20,855 nucleotides of DNA from NCBI GenBank assembly GCA_048885925.1, contig JBHLLG010000050.1, forward strand, positions 1 through 20,855, in the 5' to 3' direction. The stretch comes from Candidatus Hermodarchaeota archaeon. GTDB lineage: Archaea > Asgardarchaeota > Lokiarchaeia > Sigyniarchaeales > SOKP01. Below are positions 8,224 to 17,569 of this stretch, one piece after another. Positions within the stretch are counted from its first letter, which is position 1. Every line of letters begins with the position of its first letter. The notes under the pieces were generated by a model. That model was not told the DNA's origin. It ran no database searches and saw nothing but the letters and a program-made list of their open reading frames with translations. Both the position numbers and the translations under genes were made by a program.

Positions 8224-8982
8224 TTATATAATATTAGTTATTCTCTTTGCTACTTTCTGAAGATTTAAATCAGCCATTCCTAGAGGTACAGAACTGTCAT
8301 AAAGAACAACACATAAAAGAGGATCAAGTTTCCATGGAATATCAATCACTTTAGAAAATACTTTTTCCCCACTTTCTAAACTATAGTACATTTCAGGAAG
8401 GTTAAGAGCACCTACAATGTATCTAATTTCTAGTTCTTTTAATGAATTAACTAATATCTGGTTTGGAAGAGAAGTGTATATTATATTTCCTTTCGTTGTT
8501 AAAAGAGCAGCTCCAATTATTTCATTCTCAATTAATAACTCCTCAAATAAATCAATCGCTTTTTGATAAAAGGTTTTACTCATATAGATTTCATCTTCTC
8601 CTCGAACTATTGATTCAATCATCTTATCAAATTTTTCATTTTCGATCTCTTGATAATCTTTAATTTCACTAGGTTCAGGATATTCCTCAAAGAATACATC
8701 TTTAATTCTTTCTAAGCGAGTGGTGGCAAATAAGAGACCAACAGTGGAATCTGATAAGATTGAAAAAATTAAATCTTCTTGTACTTTAAATATGAACCTT
8801 AATTCGCCCATTTCGAGAATCTCAGGAGTTTTTCGGGAGATTACATTTTCAGAAAAAGAGAAGATTGCTGAAAAGAAAGGAGTTATTAAATTCACTTCGA
8901 TATTCTTGAATTCTTCGGTAAAATTTCGACTATATATACATATTCCCGTCTTAGTAAGAATGAATAACGAATGAATTTTCAT
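8224..8982 (-). CDS. Longin-like N-terminal domain fused to a roadblock/profilin-like C-terminal domain
   Basis: The N-terminus IHSLFILTKTGICIYSRNF...LITPFFSAIFSFSENV...LEMGELRFIF matches the longin pattern. The C-terminal EIIGAALLTTKGNIIYTSLP...LCVVLY...LGMADLNL matches the roadblock pattern. Confidence 0.7.
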   Translation of the reverse strand: MKIHSLFILTKTGICIYSRNFTEEFKNIEVNLITPFFSAIFSFSENVISRKTPEILEMGELRFIFKVQEDLIFSILSDSTVGLLFATTRLERIKDVFFEEYPEPSEIKDYQEIENEKFDKMIESIVRGEDEIYMSKTFYQKAIDLFEELLIENEIIGAALLTTKGNIIYTSLPNQILVNSLKELEIRYIVGALNLPEMYYSLESGEKVFSKVIDIPWKLDPLLCVVLYDSSVPLGMADLNLQKVAKRITNII

Positions 8983-9184
8983 TGAAAGTAATACCTTAAA
9001 TATCTTATAATTGTAATTATAGAAATACAGTCTTTTAAGTATTTTTAATAGACTCTGTTATAAAAGATATAAAAATAAATTTAATTTAACATATGCTAAT
9101 ATTTGACATTCCAATTGATTTACATCCTTCTCAAAAGTAACTAGGCGTTATATAAACCAAGATAAGAGGAATTAATCAGTTAAT

Positions 9185-9973
9185 TTAATCTTTTTTTATC
9201 CAATCTCGGATAGCTACTTTAACTGAACGACTCATTTCTGTTGAAAACGCAGATCCAGTTTTTCTTAAGTAATAATCGTGCCCTAAATTATCTGCGTATT
9301 TTACGAGTGTTTTTTTTTCAAAATCTTTAAACATTTCTGAAAACTCCTCTTTATTAAATCGTTTATATGTATCAATAAGATGTACAAATTTTTTAGGGAA
9401 TCGTGGTTTAAGTATCCTTTTCGAGGGATCTTGTTTTGGATATCCAAAACAGACTAATATAATGGGAAAAACCCATCTTGGCAAGTTAAACATTTCACGA
9501 TGAATTTCAATATTTTCAACAATATCACCAATATAACAGGACCCAATTCCCAACGATTCAGCAGCCAATACTGCATTTTGGGCTGCAATTAGAGCATCAC
9601 AACATGCAAGCAAAAGGTCTGATTCATCTGGGGTTCGGTATACGAGATTTTTCTTAATACATAAATTTTTTACCCCAGATATTTCATAATAATCATACCA
9701 ACGTTGCATATCTGCTAAAAAGAGGAGAACAAGAGGTGCTTTTGCAATATGAGGCTGATTATCACATGTTGTAACAAGTTTATCTTTCTTTTTTTGATTT
9801 TTTATTTCTATGATTGAATAAAACATCATGTTACCAGCAGTTGGAGCACGCATAGCCGCATTTATTATAAGATCAATTACTTTTTGAGACAAGGGTTTTG
9901 AATCATAATTTCTTACAGTACATCTATTATTGATAACTTTTATTACTTCATTATAAGATTCTATCTCATTCAT
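9185..9973 (-). CDS. Nitroreductase family FMN-dependent oxidoreductase (NfsA/Frp-like)
   Basis: Motifs RCTVRNY, AAMRAPTAGNM, IAAQNAVLAAESLGIGSCYIG, GYP and KPRFP. Confidence 0.9.
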   Translation of the reverse strand: MNEIESYNEVIKVINNRCTVRNYDSKPLSQKVIDLIINAAMRAPTAGNMMFYSIIEIKNQKKKDKLVTTCDNQPHIAKAPLVLLFLADMQRWYDYYEISGVKNLCIKKNLVYRTPDESDLLLACCDALIAAQNAVLAAESLGIGSCYIGDIVENIEIHREMFNLPRWVFPIILVCFGYPKQDPSKRILKPRFPKKFVHLIDTYKRFNKEEFSEMFKDFEKKTLVKYADNLGHDYYLRKTGSAFSTEMSRSVKVAIRDWIKKD

Positions 9974-10189
9974 GAATTTTCACTATAATTACAAGTGATT
10001 AATAATTTAAATTGTGAACAATGTGTCTTAAGTATTATTAATTAGCTTCTCATTATTGTTAAATAAATTGTGCTATTTAGGATAATTTAGAAAATTCGTT
10101 CTAATATCTTACTTTTTCTCAATAATCCAGAGGTTTAATTAAAAATTTATATTTCTTAAGTGTAAGTTTGGGATCAAGGGGAATAAAGA

Positions 10190-10591
10190 ATGTCTGATGA
10201 TGAGTTAGAAAAGATAAAACTAAGAAAAGCGGAAATGTTATTTAAACTTCAATTGATGCCTAAGGAGATCCTTAATATAAACTCTTAAAGTGAATTTAAT
10301 AAATTGATTAATGATTTCCCAGATAAAATGATAATAATTGATTTTTGGGCAATCTGGTGTGCTCCATGAAGATTATTTGCTTCAATTTTTGAACAAGCAT
10401 ATCGAGAATACTCACATGAATTTATTTTTGTTAAAGTTAATGTAGATGAAAATCCTATGATTGCTCAATTCTATGGAATTCGCTCGATTCCTACAACGGT
10501 TTTTAAAAAAGGAGGAAATTTTTTAAGAAAATTTGTAGGACTATTGAATTACGAATCATTAAAACAAATCCTTTCCAAATTTAAAATTTAA
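10190..10591 (+). pseudogene. trxA: Thioredoxin frame interrupted by in-frame TAA (10286-10288) and TGA (10367-10369); pseudogene or recoded (Sec) gene
   Basis: Absent from the ORF track. Manual translation: MSDDELEKIKLRKAEMLFKLQLMPKEILNINS*SEFNKLINDFPDKMIIIDFWAIWCAP*RLFASIFEQAYREYSHEFIFVKVNVDENPMIAQFYGIRSIPTTVFKKGGNFLRKFVGLLNYESLKQILSKFKI*. DFWAxWCxP, KVNVDEN and IRSIPT are thioredoxin hallmarks. A GGGGA SD-like motif precedes the ATG. Confidence 0.85.
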
Positions 10592-10721
10592 TTATGATTT
10601 TTGGGATAAAAAAATACTAAATCTATTAATTTCTTTATAAAATCAAAAGTTTATTGAGAATAATTTGTTTATATAATTCATAATCAAAAATATAAATATA
10701 TCTAATAGATAAATTTAAATT

Positions 10722-11876
10722 GTGGTTATTTTGGAATTAAAAACTCTTTTTAGTCCAGAAAGAATTGGAAATGTACAAATTAAGAATAGGATTGTACGTT
10801 CAGCAACACACATGGGAAGCTCAGAAAAGTATGGGTATGTTGGTAAAAAACTAATAGATATTTATAAAGAATTAGCACGTGGAGGCACGGGATTAATAAT
10901 TTCTGGTTTTACAGCTGTAGATCCAGGAGGCACCGCTAGCCCATATCAAGAATGCCTTTTTGATGATTCATTTATTCCTGGTCAAAAAGAATTGGTAGAA
11001 GCTGTCCATGATTATTCTAAGGCTAAAATAGCTGCACAAATAGCACACACGGGTCGTTTAGGTAACCATCCAAAATATCCGCCAGTTGCACCATCTCCAA
11101 TTCCATATAAAGTAACAGGATTAACACCTCGAGAATTAACGGTTGGGGAAATAAGTAAATTAATACAAAAGTTTATTGATGCGGGGCGTAGAGCTTTTGA
11201 ATGTGGTTATGATATGATACAATTACATGCAGCACACGGTTATTTTTTGTGTAATTTCATTTCTCCTTACACTAACGAGCGAGAGGATGAATATGGGGGA
11301 ACTACTCAAAAAAGGGCAAAGATTTTAATTGATATTTATGATGGGTTAAGAGATGAATTAGGAAAAAGGTTTCCAATAATTATTAAATTACAGGTAGAAG
11401 ATTTTATTCCGAATGGACTTAAATTCGAAGAAAGTCTTGAATATGTTAAAATTTTTTCTGAAGTTGGATTTGATGCAATTGAGCCTAGTGGTGGAGGATG
11501 GGAGGCACAAGCTCTGGCAAAAAAAACCTATCCCAGCCTACGTATCAAAATACCTGAAGAAGAGAATTATTTTTTACCGTATGCAAAAAAAATGAAGCCT
11601 TCTATGAGAAATAGCAAATTAATTCTTATGGGAGGAATTAAAAATCCGATTTCTGCTGAAGAAATTCTTAAAGAAAAAACTGCTGATTTCATTTCAATGT
11701 GCCGTCCATTAATTTATGAGCCAGATCTTCCAAATCGTTGGCAAAATGGAGATATTTCACCAGCAAAATGCATTAGCTGTAATGGTTGTTACATGTCTAT
11801 GCGATTTGGTCCTGTATATTGTGTTACTAAAAAAAGATTAGAAGAAAGGAAAAAAACAGAAATTTATATGAATTAA
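10722..11876 (+). CDS. NADH:flavin oxidoreductase (Old Yellow Enzyme family) with a C-terminal Cys cluster
   Basis: Motifs LFSPERIG..IKNRIVRSAT, QIAHTGR, GYDMIQLHAAHGY, NEREDEYGG and CRPLIYEPDLP, plus C-terminal CISCNGC-x10-C. The start may be TTG at 10731. Confidence 0.92.
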   Translation: MVILELKTLFSPERIGNVQIKNRIVRSATHMGSSEKYGYVGKKLIDIYKELARGGTGLIISGFTAVDPGGTASPYQECLFDDSFIPGQKELVEAVHDYSKAKIAAQIAHTGRLGNHPKYPPVAPSPIPYKVTGLTPRELTVGEISKLIQKFIDAGRRAFECGYDMIQLHAAHGYFLCNFISPYTNEREDEYGGTTQKRAKILIDIYDGLRDELGKRFPIIIKLQVEDFIPNGLKFEESLEYVKIFSEVGFDAIEPSGGGWEAQALAKKTYPSLRIKIPEEENYFLPYAKKMKPSMRNSKLILMGGIKNPISAEEILKEKTADFISMCRPLIYEPDLPNRWQNGDISPAKCISCNGCYMSMRFGPVYCVTKKRLEERKKTEIYMN

Positions 11877-11904
11877 TCTAAAAATTTTAATTGATAAACG
11901 TAAA

Positions 11905-12828
11905 ATGGATAATAGAATAATTAAAACTGCCTATTCTGATCATTTATTTCAATTTCGTTCAGTAGAAAGAAAAAGATTGATTTTATCTTTGTCAATAACA
12001 TTAATTGTAATGATTGTAGAGATAATTGGGGGTTTTATTACTAATAGTATTGCACTTATTAGTGATGCTGGTCATATGTTCACGCATGCTTTTGCAATAA
12101 GCATAAGTTTATTAGCAAACTTTATCGCCCGAAAACCTCCTTGTCATCATAAGACTTTTGGTTTATACCGTGCTGAAGTTTTAGCAGCATTTATCAATGG
12201 TTTATTTCTAATTCCAATTGTTGGCTTCATAATCTACGAAGCAATTCTTAGATTTTTAAATCCTCAAGATATTGTTGGATTTTACATGTTAATAGTCGCT
12301 TTTATTGGTCTTTCAGTAAATATTACAAGTATCTTAATTCTTCAGGGTCGTAAAAATACAAGTTTAAATGTAAAAAGTGTATTTTATCATATGATTGCAG
12401 ATGCAGCATCATCAATCGGAATTGTAGTTGCCGCTTTTATTATTATATCTACTGGCTGGGTGATTCTTGACCCTATTGTAAGCTTAGGAATTTCTTTTGT
12501 TATTATATATTGGGCTTATGGAATATTAAGGGAATCTACTCGAATTTTACTTGAAATGACACCAAAGGGTTTGAATATTGATACCATTAATGAAGATATT
12601 AAGAAGAATTTTCTTGAAATAAAAGAATTAATTCATGCTCATCTATGGACAATCACTCCAGATATGCTTGTATATTCAGCGCACATTAAAGTAGATGAAA
12701 GTAATAGTAATATGAACCAAGCTGTGTTAATTTCAGAAATTAATGAATTTTTACAAAAAAATCATAAAATTATTGAATCTACAATCCAAATATTACCAAT
12801 AGATGCAGTAGATTCCTGTAATTTTTAG
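11905..12828 (+). CDS. Cation diffusion facilitator (CDF) metal exporter, CzcD/DmeF-like
   Basis: Motifs NSIALISDAGHM, TFGLYRAEVLAAFING, LNVKSVFYHMIAD, DPIVS and HLWTI, with six TM segments. Confidence 0.92.
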   Translation: MDNRIIKTAYSDHLFQFRSVERKRLILSLSITLIVMIVEIIGGFITNSIALISDAGHMFTHAFAISISLLANFIARKPPCHHKTFGLYRAEVLAAFINGLFLIPIVGFIIYEAILRFLNPQDIVGFYMLIVAFIGLSVNITSILILQGRKNTSLNVKSVFYHMIADAASSIGIVVAAFIIISTGWVILDPIVSLGISFVIIYWAYGILRESTRILLEMTPKGLNIDTINEDIKKNFLEIKELIHAHLWTITPDMLVYSAHIKVDESNSNMNQAVLISEINEFLQKNHKIIESTIQILPIDAVDSCNF

Positions 12829-12934
12829 CTATTTCTATTTAACTTTTATAAAAATAATCTTTATATAATAGAAAATATCTTCATATTTAATATTAATAAA
12901 AATCTTTTTAACAGAAACGAATGAAGTGATTTAA

Positions 12935-13384
12935 ATGTCAGAAAACCAGACTTTACCTTACTTTGTGGGAGCCCTAATTACTAGTGCTTTGGGTTGGATT
13001 TTACTTCTCGCTACTAATTTTGGAGGATTCGATGGATCAAATTATTATCTTGGAGTTTATGTATATGGAGGTATTGGTGCATGGTCAGGAGTATATGGTT
13101 TACCAATTCTTTTAACTGCATTTTTACTTCTGTACTGTACTATTATGTCCATACTTGTCTTAAGATTTCCTGATAAAATTCCTGATAAGAGATTTATTCA
13201 TTATGGCTTTTATTTATCAGCTGTCGCTTTCATCCTTTCAATTATTAACGGAATTGTGTTTGCTGCTGTAGCTGAATCTGAAGAATGGTGGTGGTGGTTT
13301 GATGCAGGTTTTTATGCAGGAGTGATTGGAGGTTTACTTACGGCTATTTTGTTTTATTTAGGAGAAAAAACAGTCAAGTTATAA
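12935..13384 (+). CDS. Four-TM membrane protein of unknown function
   Basis: 149 aa with four hydrophobic segments. A GAAGTGA SD-like motif lies upstream and an oligo-T tract downstream. Confidence 0.8.
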   Translation: MSENQTLPYFVGALITSALGWILLLATNFGGFDGSNYYLGVYVYGGIGAWSGVYGLPILLTAFLLLYCTIMSILVLRFPDKIPDKRFIHYGFYLSAVAFILSIINGIVFAAVAESEEWWWWFDAGFYAGVIGGLLTAILFYLGEKTVKL

Positions 13385-13494
13385 AGTTCTTATTTTTTTT
13401 CTTTTTCAATTAATCTACGTAATCATATAATTCTGGATTAACTTTTTAAGATTTCACGCTTTTTGATAATTCATAGAATTAGGAAAATTGTTAG

Positions 13495-14673
13495 ATGGAG
13501 CATAATTATAAATCGAATATAATCAAAATCTATATTTTTTCATTTATTTTGGGCATACACACAGTTAGAGGAGTATATATTCCATTTATGTTAAGTTGGG
13601 GTGGTCTTTCCTTCTTTCAAGTAATGGTATTACAGAGTTATTTTACAGCAATGATAGTTGTATTTGAAATTCCCTCAGGAGCAATTGCAGATTTTTTAGG
13701 TCGCAAAACTGCCTTGACATTATCAGCATTATCAGTAGCTAGCGCGGCATTTACATATAGTATTTTTCCAAATTTTCTCTTATTTATGCTCGCAGAAACT
13801 TTATGGGCTTTTGGAGCAGCCTTACTGTCGGGGACAAATGAAGCTTTTATTTATTTCTCTCTAAAATCTTTTGGAGAAGAAAAATCCCTTTCAAAAACAT
13901 TGGGAAGAACTCGAACTATGAGGTTAATTGCTTTAACCCTTTCAGCACCAATTGGTTCCATAATAGCAACATATATTTCCTTACCATTTACAATGACAAC
14001 TCTAGCTTTTATTTATATTAGTGGTTTTATTGTTGCACTTACATTTAGAGAACCAAAGTTGATAAATAAGAACTATAGACGGGAAACTTATTTCAATATA
14101 TTAAAATCTGGTTTCAAGGAATTAAGGAATAATAGAATACTAAGAATTCTTGCTTTTGATTGGATCCCAATTAGTGTTTTAATAATGTTTATGTTTTGGA
14201 CGTACCAAGTTTACTTTGAAGTGATTAATATCCCAATAATCTTCTTTGGTTTTATTACGTCATTAATGAACATAACGGATGCAATTTTTTCCAATTTAAT
14301 ACCATATTTATTAAAATCAACTAAAAATAAAAAACGATTTTTACTTTCAATTAATTTAATAAATGGCATATCATTTCTTATTTTGGGATTAACCACTATC
14401 GTCTCATTAGGTCTAGCTATAGTTTTAACAATTGTTGCTTTTGGTTATTCAAGATATTTAATTTTTATAGACGGAATAAATTTACAAATCGAATCCGAGA
14501 ATAGAGCAACTGTTCTAAGTACAATAAATATGTTTAGTAGTTTTTTAAGAGCGATATTTTACCCTATTGTTGGACTTCTTGTTGAATGGAACATTTTTGC
14601 AGTTTTTATTATGACTGGTGGGTTTATTCTTCTTTTTACCATTTTTATACGGTCCAAAAGTGAATATCTTTAG
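13495..14673 (+). CDS. MFS transporter
   Basis: FEIPSGAIADFLGRK is MFS motif A; IESENRATVLS is also typical. About 12 TM segments in 392 aa. Confidence 0.92.
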   Translation: MEHNYKSNIIKIYIFSFILGIHTVRGVYIPFMLSWGGLSFFQVMVLQSYFTAMIVVFEIPSGAIADFLGRKTALTLSALSVASAAFTYSIFPNFLLFMLAETLWAFGAALLSGTNEAFIYFSLKSFGEEKSLSKTLGRTRTMRLIALTLSAPIGSIIATYISLPFTMTTLAFIYISGFIVALTFREPKLINKNYRRETYFNILKSGFKELRNNRILRILAFDWIPISVLIMFMFWTYQVYFEVINIPIIFFGFITSLMNITDAIFSNLIPYLLKSTKNKKRFLLSINLINGISFLILGLTTIVSLGLAIVLTIVAFGYSRYLIFIDGINLQIESENRATVLSTINMFSSFLRAIFYPIVGLLVEWNIFAVFIMTGGFILLFTIFIRSKSEYL

Positions 14674-14734
14674 TAAATATCAAGTAATTGAATGGAAAAA
14701 ATAAATAGAATAGAAGCCTAATAAAAAGTTTGAA

Positions 14735-16429
14735 TTATTTGCTTTTTGCTGCTTTCTCTCTTAATTTTCTTCGGAAAATCTTACCTAACGTTGTTCTTGG
14801 TAAAACATTTACGAATTCTATTTGTCGTGGATACTTATAGGAAGCCATGTTTTCTTTAGCCCATTCAATAATATCATGTTCTGTTACTTTATCCTTGTAT
14901 TCCGGTTTAAGAGCAATATAAGCTTTAATAGTTTCACCAATATCTGGATCTGGGGCTGAAACTACTCCCGCTTCTAAAACTGCAGGATGTTCATATAATT
15001 TCTCTTCAACTTCTTTTGGCATAACCTTATATCCCTTATATTTTATTATATCTTTAGTCCTGCCTTCTATGTAGAAGTATCCTAATTCATCCATACGAGC
15101 TAAATCACCTGTTCTAAGCCAATCACCAACAAATGTAGCTGCTGTTTCTTCTGGTCTTTTCCAGTAGCCTTTCATAACTTGTGGTCCTTTAATTAATAAC
15201 TCACCTACAGTACCAATTGGCTGTTCTTTTAATGTGTCTGGATCTACAATCTTTGCATCAGTATCTACGATTGGAACTCCAATACTATCTGGCTTTGTCT
15301 CAGGTAACCAAGCGGGTTGATGATGTGTCACTGGTGATGTTTCAGTTAACCCAAATCCCTGACCAACTTTAAATCCAACGACTTCTTCCCATTTTCTATT
15401 TATTTCTGTTGCTAAAGTAGCTGATCCCGACGTTGCTGATTCAAGACTTGATAGATCTCGTTTGGTAAAATCAGGTGAATTAATTAGCATCTGAAACATT
15501 ACAGGTACACCTATAAAAGTATTACACTTGTAGTATTCAATTGCCTCTAGAACTTCTGAAGGATTAAAAGATTCAAACATAACTAACATTTGAGCCGCTA
15601 CAGAAGTTATAATTAATATTTGAAAGCCAAAAGAATGGCATATTGGTAATACAGTTAAACCTACTCCTGTTCCTATTACACTTTCATCTATCTCTCTAGA
15701 TTCTCGTATATTATTTATAACACAAAGAGTATCAGATACTAAATTATTATGTGTTAACATTACACCTTTGGGTAAGCCAGTTGTACCTCCTGTATAAAGT
15801 AATGCTGCGATATCATTTTTAGGATCAATTTCCACCTCAGGTTGTTTTGGTTCTTTTTGGTTAATAAATTCTTCTAAAGTAATTGTCTCAGGCTTTGCTT
15901 CTTCTGCTCGAAGCAATATCACCTTATTTAATTCTATTTCATTTCTAACTTTCTTTATTGTCCTATAATTGTTTTTATGTATAAAAACTATTTTGATATT
16001 CCCCGCATCTCTAATTATATGAATTACATCTTTTTCTTTGAGAAGTGGATTTATTGGAACGGCAGAAGCACCAGTTTCCATAATTCCTAAACAACAAAAT
16101 AAAAACTCGGGGCAATTTCCAGTCATTATACCGACAGCATCCCCTTTCCTAACACCTGCTTCATATAAGGCATTTGCTATTTTATCAGCAGTATAATTCA
16201 ATTCCCGATAGGTGTATTTCTTATCAGTTGGTTTATAATAAACACAAACATTATTCGGATATCTTGATGCCGAACGTTTAATAAGTTCATGTACTGGGAT
16301 TGGTTCGAATTTTACTGTCTTTGGAATGTAATCTGGTCTAAGTTTCAACCAAGGACGATCTGTACTTTCGAGGTAAGGAGATTCATTATCATAATCTGCA
16401 ATATAATCCCACTCTGAATAATCTTTCAT
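14735..16429 (-). CDS. fadD: Long-chain fatty acid--CoA ligase (AMP-forming acyl-CoA synthetase)
   Basis: Motifs YTGGTTGLPKG, QGFGLTETSP, GPQVMKGYW, WLRTGD, GRTKDII and LPRTTLGK. Confidence 0.92.
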   Translation of the reverse strand: MKDYSEWDYIADYDNESPYLESTDRPWLKLRPDYIPKTVKFEPIPVHELIKRSASRYPNNVCVYYKPTDKKYTYRELNYTADKIANALYEAGVRKGDAVGIMTGNCPEFLFCCLGIMETGASAVPINPLLKEKDVIHIIRDAGNIKIVFIHKNNYRTIKKVRNEIELNKVILLRAEEAKPETITLEEFINQKEPKQPEVEIDPKNDIAALLYTGGTTGLPKGVMLTHNNLVSDTLCVINNIRESREIDESVIGTGVGLTVLPICHSFGFQILIITSVAAQMLVMFESFNPSEVLEAIEYYKCNTFIGVPVMFQMLINSPDFTKRDLSSLESATSGSATLATEINRKWEEVVGFKVGQGFGLTETSPVTHHQPAWLPETKPDSIGVPIVDTDAKIVDPDTLKEQPIGTVGELLIKGPQVMKGYWKRPEETAATFVGDWLRTGDLARMDELGYFYIEGRTKDIIKYKGYKVMPKEVEEKLYEHPAVLEAGVVSAPDPDIGETIKAYIALKPEYKDKVTEHDIIEWAKENMASYKYPRQIEFVNVLPRTTLGKIFRRKLREKAAKSK

Positions 16430-16605
16430 ATTATCTTCCCATAGTATTCAAATTTATATATTATTGATTTTAAATTACATATATTCCGTAATTGTAAATT
16501 CAACCTAAATATTTAAAAATCTTTACTCATGAAAGAGTAAGAAATGTAAATCCATAAATAAAAATATGAACTTTTGATCTTACTCAGTGAATTTTGGTCA
16601 GTATT

Positions 16606-17508
16606 ATGAAAGAGTTAAAAAATAAGAATTGTTTTATAACTGGTGCTGCGAGTGGGATAGGACGCTCTTTTGCAATTGCATTAGCTAAGGAGGGGATGAA
16701 TCTTTTTATTTCCGATATCGATATGGAAAATTTAGAAGATGTAAAAAAACAAATAGAATTGCACGGGGGAAATGTATATATCGACAGGTGTGATGTTTGT
16801 CAGTTAGATGATTTTAAAAAAATTGCTAGAAAATTTTTTTCCACATTGGGAAATTTGGATCTCCTAATAAATAATGCCGGAATGGCTATAGTTGGAAATA
16901 TAGTAGATTTAGAAATTGAAGATTGGAAAAGAGTACTGGATGTAAACTTATGGAGTGTTATATATTCAATTAAAGTGTTTTTACCTCATATGCTTCAAAG
17001 AGGGTTAGGTCACATTGTAAATGTAGCCTCGGGTACTGGAGTAATTGCTACAGCAGATCCCGCTCCTTATATTACTTCTAAATTTGCTGTAGTGGGACTA
17101 TCAGAAGCACTTTTTGGTCATTTAAGCCAACAAGGAATTAATGTCTCAGTAATAATTCCTATGTATGTAAGAACTAATATTTTTAATAATGCTATACCAC
17201 GTTATCCAAAGAAACTAATTGAAGATATAGGGGCAGAAAAACTAGAAGAGTTTAGAAAATTAAGAGTAGCGGAATATTTTAGTAAGGCTTCATCTCCAGA
17301 CAGGGTGGTCAAGAAATATATTAATGGTATTAAAATGAATAACCTATATATCTCAGAGACAAATACCCTTTTCCGTGTAATGACATCTAAAGGAACTACT
17401 CCTCAATATTATGAGGACCTTTTAAAAGGTTTACATAAATCAAGTTTAGATACAATGAAAAAGGATTTTCTAAAAATTGGAGTTAATATCGACGATTATA
17501 TAAATTAA
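16606..17508 (+). CDS. Short-chain dehydrogenase/reductase
   Basis: Motifs TGAASGIG, NNAG, IVNVAS and YITSK (YxxxK). I chose ATG 16606 over the track's TTG 16594. Confidence 0.92.
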   Translation: MKELKNKNCFITGAASGIGRSFAIALAKEGMNLFISDIDMENLEDVKKQIELHGGNVYIDRCDVCQLDDFKKIARKFFSTLGNLDLLINNAGMAIVGNIVDLEIEDWKRVLDVNLWSVIYSIKVFLPHMLQRGLGHIVNVASGTGVIATADPAPYITSKFAVVGLSEALFGHLSQQGINVSVIIPMYVRTNIFNNAIPRYPKKLIEDIGAEKLEEFRKLRVAEYFSKASSPDRVVKKYINGIKMNNLYISETNTLFRVMTSKGTTPQYYEDLLKGLHKSSLDTMKKDFLKIGVNIDDYIN

Positions 17509-17569
17509 AGGAATTAAATTTGTTTTAAAAAATTCTTATATCTCAAAATCGTTCATAATTATTTGCTGA

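Noticed and set aside
6633-8974. Short ORFs 6633-6827, 7474-7668, 8463-8663 and 8720-8974
   Set aside because: Off-frame or antisense to well-supported genes, with no motifs.
10286-10288. Genome-wide stop-codon reassignment as the explanation for the thioredoxin stops
   Set aside because: TAA, TAG and TGA all end intact genes in this window (for example TGA at 2826-2828), so the standard code applies.
11413-14396. Short ORFs 11413-11595 and 14211-14396
   Set aside because: Nested within the OYE and MFS genes, with no independent evidence.
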